Assembly: GCA_028534125.1 (NCBI GenBank)
Contig: CM052818.1
Location: 24,058,001 to 24,122,000, forward strand
Reading direction: 5' to 3'
DNA from: Lama glama
Lineage: Eukaryota
Length of the DNA: 64,000 bases
The position numbers and the translations under genes are program-made. Position 1 is the first letter of the stretch; each line of letters starts with the position of its first letter. The notes beneath the pieces were generated by a model, which was given only the letters and a program-made list of their open reading frames with translations, had not been told where the DNA came from and ran no database searches. This document shows, one piece after another, positions 13,086 to 25,669 of this stretch.

Positions 13086-14194
13086 TATGAGTTCATATTC
13101 TCTCCTTAGTAATATGGCCCTTTTGATACAATCTTTCATAACATTTTTGATAAGACAAAAATACATGTAAATGTTTTGCTGTTTTCACCACTCGTAAGTT
13201 AGGGAGCAACAGTGGGACTCAGAGTGAATTGTTTCCACTTCCTGAAAAGTCTATCTTTCACAGGAGGCAGATACCTTCTTTAATTTTTAGAACCTATACT
13301 TAGTAGAATCCCTTCTATTTCTGACGAGTTTCCAGTGCTAATGCAAAAACTTCCCTTTAAAAAAAGTTGAGTATTTCATTGAACTTTTAGATTTGCTACC
13401 TTACCCTGAAATCCCCAATGTGTTCACATATATATTCATATGTGAAATATATATACTTATCATATATATACTTACAATGTTTTTAATTTCACACTCATTG
13501 AGCAACCATTATATGCTAAGTATAGCAAATTCAAATATAAATGTCTTTAAAGATCAGAAAAAGGTTTTATTTGACTCAGCGTGACTAAAACGCAGGGTGA
13601 AGAGAAGAGCTTGAGAATATAATGATAGGGAACCTCAAGCTACAACAAACAAATACAAATTGGATTTACTGGGATTTGATTCTAGAAGGATGACGACACT
13701 TTCAACGAGAAACGAAAATAACAGAGATCGTTCTCTTTAAATGCAGAGCAATGAGAAAATCCTGTCCATAAAACCAAGTTTTTGTTCTGATTCTTTGAGT
13801 TTTTCCCTCTGAGTCAGATAAGCCAAAACAAATTAAACAGTGGAGTGGAAGCAATTCAAATAAATTAAAACTTATAATTTTCAATTGGTTGGCTTCATTG
13901 TAATTGTTATTACTTTATTTTCAATGTCAATAGGCAGTGAATTTTCATTCATACCATGAACAGTATTAGTTCTTAATATGTGTGGACTGTAATACAAAAC
14001 ACAAATAATGTCTGACTGAAATGCCACTGCTGATTAGCCTCCAGGAATATTGTAACACATTGTGTTCTGTTGTATCTTTATATATTGATACATTCTGAAG
14101 GAAAAAGCATTTCTTTTCTTTAACTGTGTATTTTATTCTGCTTTTAAGCAGAAGCATGTTCTCATATATGCCTACATTGATCCATCACATAATG

Positions 14195-14530
14195 GAAAGA
14201 TACAAAATTTGGAATCAAAATGCAAGTGAGAATTTCTGCTCTACTGCTAATTATGTGACCTAAGAAGATTAACTGAACCCCTCTCTCAGCCTGTTTTTCC
14301 TCTGTAAATGAACTACCTGTAAATGGGAATAACAGAACCTACCCTGCCTTACTCTCCTAATTATTGTGTGGATAAAGCTTGGAGCCGAACAGAAGCTTTT
14401 TACAATCAATCAGATGCTTGATTTCTAGCTCTACTGCTAAAGCCCCCTGTGACTTTAATACACCACTTTCCTGACCTCCTCTTCCTCAGTTTGCTCATCT
14501 GTAAATGGGGGGGCTGAACCAGGTATATCT
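14195..14530 (+). mobile_element. MIR SINE fragments (two adjacent)
   Basis: MIR core ctctctcagcctgtttttcctctgtaaatg, and again cctcagtttgctcatctgtaaatggg. Confidence 0.75.
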
Positions 14531-14549
14531 TATCTGCTTCAGTCCTTTT

Positions 14550-14830
14550 TGTTACTTTGATTTAAAGTCATTCAAACTTACAGAAAAGTTGCAAAATAAT
14601 TTTAAAAACACACAAAACCTTCCATATACCCTTTACCCAGATTTGTAGCATTTTTTCAGTTGTTTTATCATTTTCATTTGCATATGAATATATATATGAT
14701 TTATATAAACATAATACAGAGATATAATTATTTTATGCACCATTTGAGAAATGTTACATACATGATTTTCATTTACCCATTTCTAACTCACTGTATATTT
14801 CCTAAGGCATAAAGTTTATTCTAGTTTCCC
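14550..14830 (-). mobile_element. L1MC4/5-type 3' end fragment
   Basis: ttcaaacttacagaaaagttgcaaaataat...ccatataccctttacccagatt. Confidence 0.7.
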
Positions 14831-16066
14831 TAAAACCCTTGGATTTTTAATATTATTTTAAATGTAGATAATACATATGAACATGTATTGTGAAATGTAA
14901 AGCACTACTATAATTGTAAATTGTTTTTCTTAAGAAACTAGTCCCAAAGTATTTTATTTAAAAAGCTGTATTTCAAAGGAAAGCAAGGAACTTTATTTTC
15001 ATTAATTTGGAAACATCGTACCTAGGAATATTCCTAGATAAAAATCTAATGAGTTCCAATTCTTATTTTCACAAGTGATAGAACTAGATGTACAGTCTTC
15101 CAGGGTCTAAAGAGAAAATAATTTAGACCACTGAATAGGGAACATATTTCACGCATCAAATCAAGTCAGTGAGACTTCAGTTGATCAAATAAAATAGCAC
15201 ATTAATCACACTGTATAAATGATCTATTAAAACAAAAGATAATCAGCCCTGAGAATGCATTGCTGATTTTTTTATGTTCTAAAGGCCTCACTTTTTATGC
15301 ATATTTTGTCACTTCAATATATTTAATGTGCAAGATATGGTTAATAAAGCATCCTTTTAAACAGAATATTGCCAATAACAAAGCATAATCATTACTGGAC
15401 AAGTCTTCAAATAATATAAAGAATTAGCTAATGAAGAGAGAGGTCTGTTCACGCTACTATTTCCCACCCACCAATGAGAAAACAGAGCCTGATTTGGGAT
15501 AAAGGGATGATGTTTGCTTGACCTGAAGTCAGGTTTAAGGCAGCCAGGGATTAAACAATGGCTCTGGTGAGTAAAGAGTTTCTCTTGAATTTTTAAAGAA
15601 CAATTTTCAAAGAACAATCTAACAAATTCATTTGAACTGGAACAATAACTGAATTAGCTCTTGGGAGAGAGCTACTCCTACAGAGAAAGAAAATGCTCGC
15701 ACTACCTCTTCACTGCCCCCAGGATGCCAGATTTCACTGTTGACTATTGTTTCCTTTCCAGTTGCCATAGTGAATGACAGCATGCATTGTTAAGGTTTCA
15801 TAAAGAAAGGTTTCTTTCTTTTTAAAACCAACCTTGATTTCCAAAGAACAATGCTATCCACACAATTTAGTATTTTGATCGCTTTCAAGTATTTTGATCA
15901 TTATGATTTCCTGAAGCATGCATGAAAAGTTCTTTTACTAAAGATTTTTTTTAACCTCTCTGGATAATTTAATATTTTTTTCTTCAAAAATACATTGCAG
16001 AAATTTTACTCCAAACTATACAATGACACTAGTGCTTGTCCATTCTCAAGGCCCATCCTAAATATA

Positions 16067-16100
16067 GTAATAATAATAATGTTGATAATAATAATAATAA
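16067..16100. repeat. (TAA)n microsatellite, interrupted
   Basis: Read directly. Confidence 0.85.
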
Positions 16101-16135
16101 ACTATAAATATGATTAGAAATTCTGCAAATGCTAA

Positions 16136-16640
16136 TGTGAATGGAAAATACTGCCTGCCGTATCAGTTAACACAGGATGCTGTAGTCATCAAGTCATCGG
16201 CCGCTACTGACACCCCAAAAAGGGAGCAGAGGGAACTCAGAATGCAGACAAGCAGGCAGCCTGCCTCTGCAGACACCCCTAACAGTGCAGAGGGACCTCT
16301 GGGTGTGAAGGAACAGGATACCAGCCCTAGGGAGCAGCTAGGTGCATATCAAAGGGATGACTTCAGTGAGCCCAGACCTTCGCACCTTACCATATAAAGG
16401 AAAGTGCTAAATTTCTTAACTTAGTTATCTGATTTTCCTTAATTAATAGTAGTCTTTTGATGTTCCGACCACCTGGTCTTCGTTGCAAAAACTCATATAT
16501 CCTGGCTTCTACCTTGCCACTTTGGAGCGGTCCCTCAGAGTGACCTGAGAGGCTGTCATCCCAGCCTCTGCCAAATAAAATGTCTGCCAAATAAAATGTA
16601 ACTCTCCAGTTTTAAGTTGCGTATTTTATTTCAGTTGACA
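16136..16640 (+). mobile_element. ERV1-class solo LTR (505 bp)
   Basis: TG...CA termini (TGTGAATGGAAAATA ... TATTTCAGTTGACA), near-matching 4-bp TSD ctaa/ctag, TATA-like tatat at about 16496, AATAAA at about 16574 and 16590; GC-richer than flanks. Confidence 0.88.
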
Positions 16641-17249
16641 CTAGTTTAATGCATCCTAATAACCTGCGGAAGGTATAACTTTGTTTTATAGATATTCTTT
16701 CAGAATCTTTAATTATGTGATAGAATTCTAGTTTTTCTTTTGATCAGATCCCTTCTCTGTTATCGTCTATAACAAAAAGATATCAACAGAGATTTTTGTA
16801 TTAGATAGTACGTGGACAATGGCACAGACTTCCAGGTAACTCCCTTTTCCCATAGACCTAGAACTCCTGATTCTAATATAGGTAACTGGTCACCCTGAAT
16901 AAAGGCTAAACTTCTCAGGCCACTGCCAAAGACTGTGGTTGTGTAACAAATCTCTGACATAAAAGGCAAGAGAGAACAATATAAGCAATTCTGAGGGATG
17001 CATCCGTGAAAGAAAAGGTGTGTCCTTTCCCCTCTCTATCCCCAGTCTGCTCTGGGGCATCAATATCTTAACTGAAGGACAATTTGGGACTTGAAACCAA
17101 GGGCCTTAATGTAAAAAATTATAGAACAGAAAGCTTAAAACAGCCCAAGTCCTAAATAAGTATAAAATCCTAAGCTGTCTCCATCTGGAGTTCGCTTATC
17201 TCCCAGGTGAAAATGAAATAAATTTGAGTGTGGCTTAACCAATTTTACT

Positions 17250-17370
17250 TTTATTTTGAAAATGTTTTGAGATAATTATAGATTTACATGCCTTTGTCTA
17301 AGTTAATAAAGAGAAATCTCATAAACCTTTCAGCCATTTTCCTTTCAATGGTGACATAACCATAATCATG
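17250..17370 (-). mobile_element. L1MC-type 3' end fragment
   Basis: ttttgagataattatagatttacatgc...gagaaatctcataaacctttcagcca. Confidence 0.6.
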
Positions 17371-17670
17371 AAATTGCAACTTTATTATGGGCTCTGTTAA
17401 AATCTTATTTTATGATTTAATATGTATTTGGAATGTACAACATTTGGGTCTCTGCTACAAATGTAAGCCAATCATACATCCTGTTATACTGCATGCTACA
17501 AATTACTTAGAAATAAATACTGAAATAAATAATTTTAAGTCCTTTAAAATCCATAATTGCTCTTGCATAAAATTAAAGAATGATCAGAGATTCAAAACAA
17601 AGAGTGATTACAATAGGAGAGTATTAAATTCTCAAGAAAGGGTGAGCTAAAACAAAACTAATTAATGCTA

Positions 17671-17783
17671 GAGGTGGGGGGAGGGTAATAGCTCAGTGGT
17701 AGAGCCTGTGCTTAGCATGCACAGGGTCCTGGATTCAATCCCCAGTACCTCCATTTTAAATTAATTTATTAATTTAAAGAAAA
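17671..17783 (+). mobile_element. tRNA-Ala(AGC)-derived SINE, camelid vic-1 type
   Basis: GAGGGTAATAGCTCAGTGGTAGAGCCTGTGCTTAGCATGCACAGGGTCCTGGATTCAATCCCCAGTACCTCCA is close to mammalian tRNA-Ala-AGC; A box 17689-17699, B box 17731-17741; G-rich head, AT-rich tail, flanking direct repeat taattaatg(c/t)t. Confidence 0.9.
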
Positions 17784-18159
17784 GACATAATTAATGTTGA
17801 AGAGATGGCCAGGACAGGAAGAAATATTCTCAGGGAATTCACTATCAACTGCCCTACCTACCCACAATCTGAGGGTCACATTTTTACCATCTGGATCCAT
17901 TAGAAGCCTCCAAAGTATAAAAAGTTAACATGAGAAACATTATGAAAAAGTGTTCCAGGCTAGTGACACTCCTCAGTCTTCTGGAATCATTTATGTACAA
18001 CCTTTTAAAAGGGACATGTCCTATGCCCAGTCTGCATAAAACTCTTTATCACACAAGAGTTCCACAGTCTAAATATACTAAGTGCATGAGTAACTCATCA
18101 ACCCTGAGGGGGAGCAGACAGAGACAAGAAAAGCCAGATTTTGTTCTGTCTCATATAAG

Positions 18160-18328
18160 AGCTCTTATCACTAGGCTAAGAGACCACTCAGATAATCCAG
18201 GATGATCTCAGCTCCATATTCCTAATTTAATTACATCTGTAAAGACCATTTTTCGGAATAAGGTAACATCGGCAGGTTCTAGGGATTAAAATATATATTC
18301 TTGAGGGTCCATCATTCAACTACTATAC
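18160..18328 (-). mobile_element. MaLR LTR fragment (MLT1C/D-like)
   Basis: gataatccaggatgatctc...taatttaattacatctgtaaagacc...aataaggtaacatc..aggttctagggatta. Confidence 0.8.
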
Positions 18329-18449
18329 TCTCTAAAGAATTTCAGATAACAGAATGAGCAGAGAGCTATTACATGTTTATTTTAAGTAACTGCATTATTA
18401 AAAGAAGCAGTAGCATGATGCTATGGAAGAAATACCTGCCAGCTTCACA

Positions 18450-18970
18450 GAAGACCAAAACAGAACTTCAAGTTGTAAATAATATAGTCATTGAGATAAA
18501 CCAGTGGGTGAATTACCAGGTTAAATACTGCTGAGATTACTGCTTATCTGGATTACACAGATGAGAAAATGATACCAGATAGTACAGAAGTAAGGTTAAA
18601 GGTATATTATAAGGTTTTATATGTGTGTATACATTTGTATGCACATATATATGTAAATACACATCTATAATAGACATCCAGCCAGAGATACCAGAGTGAC
18701 TAGGCAAGAGAAAATATAACGAGAATTTTTAAGAATTACTGAAGTACATAAATTCTTACATTCAGAAAGCATGAGTCTTAAAAGGAGAAGAGAAAAATTA
18801 ATGCATACCTAGAAATGACACAGAAGAGTTACAGCATGACAAATAAGAGAAGACATTACATGCAACTACAGGCCAATTTTTAAAAAATCTATTGAGGAAA
18901 ACAGTAAGTTGAAAATAGACTTCTCAACAGAAACAACAGAAAATAAAATAGAATAACACTATGCATACTG
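18450..18970 (+). mobile_element. Ancient L1M/HAL1 ORF1-region remnant
   Basis: A-rich with ORF1-like landmarks gagaatttttaagaatta, attcagaaagc, cctaga, agacttctcaacagaaacaa. Confidence 0.55.
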
Positions 18971-19366
18971 AAGATAGGCTTTAAAAATATTGAATACTTA
19001 TTTATTTTTATGTATTTTAATTTATTCTTTATTATTAATTATATTTATTATTTTCAACTTTATTCTTAAATTCCTTCCTTTAAAATTAGAACTCAAAGTA
19101 TAAGATTTCTCGGACTCTCTCGCTGGGTTACGGATGTGTTTTAGTGCTCACACAAGTCAGATGGACACATACGGATCTCTTATTGCTAACCTCATTTAGT
19201 GGAGTCAAAGGTGGTGGAATGAGAGACACTCTTTCCTGGGTCTAGCAGCACAGTTTGAACCAGCAGTTCAAGGAGTGGTTTTCTGATTCTTGAGTGAAGT
19301 TAAGGTGTTATGATCCCAAAACCAAAAGTCGGGATGGCAATTTCAGAATCCAGTAAAGGCAAAATA

Positions 19367-19390
19367 CACACACACACACACACACACACA
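19367..19390. repeat. (CA)n microsatellite
   Basis: Read directly. Confidence 0.95.
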
Positions 19391-19399
19391 TAATATTTC

Positions 19400-19725
19400 T
19401 CATGTCATATCTCCTTTGTGGGTTGGCCATAGTCTGTTCTATGTTGTCTTCATTCTAGAACCCAAGCTGGAACATGAGGAACTTTCTGGAAATTGTTGCT
19501 TTTGTGGCAAGGGAAGACACATGGTAGCAGATCACATAATGGCTCTGAAAACTTCTCGGAAATTATGAAAAACTTCTCGGAAGTTTGCATACACCAATTC
19601 TACTCACCTTCCATCCGCCACATTAAGCCTTATGGCCAAGCCTGAAGTCAATCAGATAAGGATGTGCTAATTTGCTAGAGGGGGAGAACACTGGACATAT
19701 TTTAAACCGAAATACAATCTACTAT
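19400..19725 (-). mobile_element. MaLR LTR (MLT1K-like)
   Basis: gtcttcattctagaacccaagctg...atggctctgaaaacttct...tatggccaagcctgaagtcaa. Confidence 0.65.
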
Positions 19726-20549
19726 TATCTTGAACTTATTTTGGCATGTAAATTTTCTTTTCCTTGGTTTGACATTATAATTGGCCTTTGTGGTGTGCGG
19801 GGATCTGATACTAAATATAATTCTGAAGGAAATTAGATAGTAGTGGTAGAGTAAGAAGATAATTGCTATTCCCTTCCAAGGTGACTTGTGAGGTCATGTC
19901 AGCTCTCCAATAAAGCAAGCTCCCACTCAAGAGATGAGGGAAATGGCTCTGCTTGTCGAGGAGGCTCTTTGGAGTTTGGGCATTTAGAATAACTGCACCT
20001 ATAAAATCATTCAAATGCCAAATTCTATTTTGACGAGGCATCTTCTTTTCACAGTCAACTTTCATGTAAGGGATCTAGGGAGTTTGTAGATTTAGTCTAT
20101 TTTGCAATACAGCATCTCACAGGATCAGATTTTGTTTGATCATTATCTATTTTAGCCCTTCAGCTAATTCAGGAAAGAAATTAATTTAGAGGGATCATAG
20201 ACACTTCCTGTTTCTCTGATTGCAACTTGAGCCTAGAATTTAAAGCCCCGATTCTATTATTTTTATTTTTATGTTATTCGGCAGGATTAGAAACAGCCTG
20301 CCTCATAGTCTTCTAATTTGGTGTGGCTGTTACAGTGTACTATGGAGGCTATCACTCAATCTGACACAGCTGTACATTCATAGGTGAAACTTCAGTACTG
20401 CTTTCCACACTGGGCACCAACCTATGAATGTGGCATTCTGCAGTAGAAAAAGAGATGATTTCTACTTTTAAACCAACCATGTCAGAGAATCAATCAGTTT
20501 CCCATCCTTAAGAGTTTATTCCCTGCAACTACTTCTGGTGCCAAATACT

Positions 20550-20860
20550 TCATTGATAAAGACTTGGTTTCAGATAACAAACTCTCTAGCAATATTAAGC
20601 AAAGAATATTTGCTATAAGGGAACGAGTATTTATAAAATGATTGCAAGGCCTTAGAAGAGCAAGTTCCCAGCTAGGCCTTCAAAATGACTCCTAGAATAC
20701 CAAGCACTTCAGAAACAGATCACCAAGGGAAAATTTGTCTTAGCTGGAATCTGGAAATTGCCATTCCTTCTTTTGATTCCAGCATCACGATATCTTAGCT
20801 GCATGCAAGAACCAGGAAACTACAACTGGAACTGTGGGTTTGAGCCATGATGCACAATAG
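20550..20860 (-). mobile_element. Ancient ERVL LTR (LTR33-like)
   Basis: aactctctagcaatattaagcaaag...ccttcaaaatgactcctagaatacca...caccaaggga. Confidence 0.45.
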
Positions 20861-22091
20861 AGTACAGTAATTTAAACGCATTAACCAAAAATAGAGAAGA
20901 GCATGCTTCCACTTAAATGGTTTCTCTATGCACAAAGACTCTGAACTTCAGGGTTAAAAACTTCTAAAATACTTATCATTTTAAGTTGTAAGGATTACAC
21001 TCATTATTTGTTCACTTTTACTATATTTGAAAATCCTAATCAATTCACAGAAGAAGATAATGTCTGTGTATTTCCAGTGATTTCATGTAGTACCTAAAAT
21101 GTAGAATAACATCTTACAATAAAATTGTCTCCTAATAACTTAGATTTTAAAAACTAAATATGCACTTTTTACAGGAAACAAGTCAAATAGAGGTGGTGAT
21201 ATGGGATTCTTGAAATACACAGAATCAGATTTTAAACTTTTAGAATCATGCTCACCTGTATGCTACTGAACATAAACTCAGAAAATAGATAAGCTTCATA
21301 CGTTCTACTTTTGAATGTTTTATTGTGTCCTTCAAGAGTATATACAACTATTTCAGAGAGATGTAGGAATGAATTGCTGGAAGACACAGACTGAATTGTA
21401 AGTAGTCCCCTAGAGTTGCCCCTGTTTTGCCCTTTTTTCCTTTTGATGTTTAACACTCATTTCTTATTGAAAATAGCTTTTTCTGAATGAGCTTTTCTAA
21501 GTATTTTGAAAAATGTATCTCACAACTCTGACTCCCTAATGCCACATCTCTAAGCTTTGCCCTTGACCTGTTCATTTTCCTGGCTATAACAACATAATCC
21601 TTATGATGAGGACCAGCGTTGTAGAGAATAGCATGACTGGGACACTGGAAGGGCCTCCCATCTCCACAGCTATCCCCAAGCTTGAAGTTCAGCATGCAAT
21701 TTTATTTAATCACTGCTCTTTCTCTCCAGTTTACCTCTTTAAATGTGAGTTGTTTTAGAAAAAGATAATGAGTACCAAACACTCTGGTATAAATAAGTTT
21801 ACTGGTCATTTTCTTTAGGTGACAAGAAATAGAAAACTTTTTAGTACCAAAACAAATGTAAAGAGGAGACAAGAATTTCTCAAGTAGATGCCAGGGCATC
21901 AAAGAAAATTGCTTTATTGCTTTAAGCCAGATGGTTTGATTACTATTTTTGAGCCAGAACACACTGCTCACAAGTATTTCACTTCTGTTCAAAACTACCC
22001 TCTGGTGACTCTTAATGATGAGAGTACATTTTACTGTTTTCTTACCAATGTTCTCTTTCAGTGCAGTATTGCTAATAATATTCAGTGGCCA

Positions 22092-22591
22092 NNNNNNNNN
22101 NNNNNNNNNNNNNNNNNNNNNNNNNNNNNNNNNNNNNNNNNNNNNNNNNNNNNNNNNNNNNNNNNNNNNNNNNNNNNNNNNNNNNNNNNNNNNNNNNNNN
22201 NNNNNNNNNNNNNNNNNNNNNNNNNNNNNNNNNNNNNNNNNNNNNNNNNNNNNNNNNNNNNNNNNNNNNNNNNNNNNNNNNNNNNNNNNNNNNNNNNNNN
22301 NNNNNNNNNNNNNNNNNNNNNNNNNNNNNNNNNNNNNNNNNNNNNNNNNNNNNNNNNNNNNNNNNNNNNNNNNNNNNNNNNNNNNNNNNNNNNNNNNNNN
22401 NNNNNNNNNNNNNNNNNNNNNNNNNNNNNNNNNNNNNNNNNNNNNNNNNNNNNNNNNNNNNNNNNNNNNNNNNNNNNNNNNNNNNNNNNNNNNNNNNNNN
22501 NNNNNNNNNNNNNNNNNNNNNNNNNNNNNNNNNNNNNNNNNNNNNNNNNNNNNNNNNNNNNNNNNNNNNNNNNNNNNNNNNNNNNNNNNNN
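22092..22591. other. Assembly gap (500 N)
   Basis: Exactly 500 N. Confidence 0.99.
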
Positions 22592-23154
22592 TAACTGAAA
22601 GCATGCCATGAGGTTATTCCATCATTTCTCCTACATGTGGGACTGGATGAAGACCAAATTCAACAGTCCTAACCTAGCACAACAAACACTTTGTGTTATA
22701 CTGTCAGCTCCCTCATTAGTTAGAAATGAAAATATTAACATTTTTCATTCACTCATAACACAGTGGTTAAGATTATGGACACTATAGTCAGGTAGCCTGT
22801 TTTCATTTTTATTTTTTATACCACCTTCCTATGACACAATCTTCATATTCCACTGTATCATAAAACTTCAAACCTTAAGTCTTTTAAGAATATAGAAAAC
22901 AATAAAACAATATTACTTAACATTCCAGTATCCACATCACAAATTACTCAGGTAAATAAATCCTAACTAACCACTTTAAGTTCTCAGACTGTCATATTTA
23001 AAATTGGAACAAATGTTTTAAAATGTGTTCTCTGTTTCTTTGACTTCTAAAATGAGACACACAGAATATGTCATTCTTTCTTTGAAAATCTGGAACATTA
23101 TTGGGAAGCCAATTATACTCCTATGAATAAAAGAAGTAAGAATCTAGAGAAACT

Positions 23155-23310
23155 TGGTCCAATAGAAACATTCTGTATCTGTGCTATCCAAAACGTTAGA
23201 CACAAGCCCCACGGGGCTTTTGAGCACTTGAAATGTGACTAGTGCAACTGGAGTACTAAAATTTACATTTAATTTTAATTAATTTAAATTTAAACATGTG
23301 CATATTGAGA
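23155..23310. mobile_element. hAT-Charlie MITE (MER3)
   Basis: gtccaatagaa...tctgtgctatcca...ttgagcacttgaaatgtgactagtgcaactg...ttaattttaattaatttaaatttaaa. Confidence 0.85.
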
Positions 23311-25669
23311 CAAATTTAAATATGCTGTACACATCTTTTGTTACACTTGAGCCATCATTTTCTCTGTCTAGGATGGAGAAGTATGAGACTCAACAAAAAT
23401 GTACAATAAATCAGCAAGTTCTAACAAAAAACAAAAGAAAATAATACATTAATAGAATTTCTTTGAGACAAACAATTTTTTCAATATGGTATCCCTTAGC
23501 CAATGTTTTTATACCTGTTTTAGCTCTGCAGAAAAGTGCTATGGACAACCTACCAATGATAAAAACAAAAATCTACTGATTCTCCACAGTTTTGAGAAAC
23601 CTAAATGGGGTATATCATAGAAAAATGTGAAGGTAAAAAAATGCTTGATTGAGCACTAATCTTATTCAGAATTTGAAAGTAAGTTAGCCACCATGGGCTA
23701 GGGGAGCAACCTAAAATTTAAGGAAGACATCAGGTGGTGAGATGGTGTTCAGTGCACTGTCAAGAACTGCTACTCAACACGAAGCTTATATCCTCTGTGT
23801 CTGCTTTGTGTCTCTACTGCTCGTGGTACCCTGAAAAGGCAATTTTGTCTGTTCTCTCTAAGGAATTGCTATGGAAACCCAAAAAACTGTGGCCCTAACA
23901 GTGTGCTTTCAGCCTTGTTTTAGTAAGAGCTTACACTAAAAATGAATTCATAATGAAAAAAGAGATGAAGGGAGAAAATTTCCTCTAAAAATTTTATACC
24001 CAAATTTGCCTCTACCTGAAGAATTATACAAAATACAGAGGAGTTCCACTGCTGTTGATTTTTGCTCAACAAAATTCTGAAAGTTAATATTTTTCATTTG
24101 TTTGACCTAGAAAGTTATAAAAACAGCAGAGCTTTCTACTAACAGAGTAGTTTTTGACTTGTTTAGTGTGTTATAGGCACCCCCAGGCAAGCCTGACAGA
24201 CATCCCCAGGCCTACTTACAAGGTATAGATAGGGTGGGAGCTAACATGTCTTTTAACAAATGATATAGATGGTCTGCAGACCATCCTTTCAAAACATGAC
24301 CTCCAGTTGGCCATTACTGGTTTCATTCAAAGAGGCAGGCAGTAAATTCTTCTGGAATCATCATGCTAAGAACTCTTTTAGAAAAATGCACAAGATTTTT
24401 TTTACAGTAAAACCTCAACCTCCTATGTACAGGTCTTTTTACACCTAGATAACTGTGATTGGCCAAAGGGTTCCATTTCCATCAGCAGTACTATGAGATA
24501 CATAAATGTGTAAAAGGGGGAAAACTGCAATCTGTTAAGTACCTCTTAGGGCAAGGTATTAAGTGGACCTGAATTCAAGCTAATTTCAAAGGGGAACCTA
24601 ATTCCATATCTATGTGTGTGTGTGTGTCTGTAACAGTGTGTTGAGAAATCAGTTTCACATGATGCAATCATAAAAACAAATGAATAGCTGTCTCCTACTT
24701 TTCCTTTACTTAACACGAGTAACAGGCAAGGAATGGTAAACGCAGGTTTTTCTCAGCCCTGGCACTCTCATGATATTTCTTGGCTACTCACAGGTAATAA
24801 GAAATTCTATACTCAATTAGAATTACTAAACACAATCTAAATTCAATAAATATAAATCCAGTGACAAAATACTCAAAAATGTAAATTTATTGAGTTCAAT
24901 TTTTTTTCCTTTCTGTAGCTGGGGTCTGCTGTGGGTTGGCTGCTTGCAATGAAAGAAGGAAATGTGGTACCTTCTCACTCTTCTCCCAAATTCTGCTTCT
25001 CCCATCCTCCTGAAGCTAACTAACAAGAAGTTCTATTCAGTTAGAATGGAAGAAAGAAAAAGGAGAGGCCAATAATAATAATAATAATATTAAGAAGACC
25101 AAGATCATATGTGACTGGTGCAAGTATAAGGAGGTCTTAAATGTCAGGGGATGGGCAGATTTTTCAAGCAGATGCTTCCTTTTGTAGGCACTTTTGTTAG
25201 CTCTTTGGAAACTCCCCTGCTGGCTCCTCTAACTGCACCTCCATCGATAGGGTGAGCAACTTCAGGTTTTCCAATGTCCACACCAAACTCGTTCTCTCTT
25301 TGCGTAGCCCTTCATTCTCCTAGATAGTTGCTTGGGCAAGAGTTCAAATGCTACCAGATCCACCTTGTCATCATAAGTCTATCCCTGGATTTCACGCAGG
25401 TTTGACCCAGAGGGGCAGAGGGGAGGGAGTAGGTATTTCTAAGACACAAACTCTCTGGGCTACTGACACAAGCTGTTTTAGATAATATTTAACTTAGTAT
25501 CTGATGGCCAGTGTATCTCTTCATCTTGGTAAAAATTTCAAAATTTATCATTTTGTTTTATAAACACCACATTATTTACAGACAAAAATTGTAAGGAAAA
25601 ATAAGTACTTTTGTATATGAATCATTTTATTTCCTAGGCACATATTAGTTGTACTAAATATGACAGTTC

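Noticed and set aside
17681..17753. Functional tRNA-Ala gene
   Set aside because: Extra base before the D arm, T-stem mismatch, altered B box, G-rich head, AT tail and TSD all indicate a SINE copy.
21232..21695. Minus-strand ORFs and CAG|gtgag donor near 21255
   Set aside because: No recognisable peptide and no convincing acceptor.
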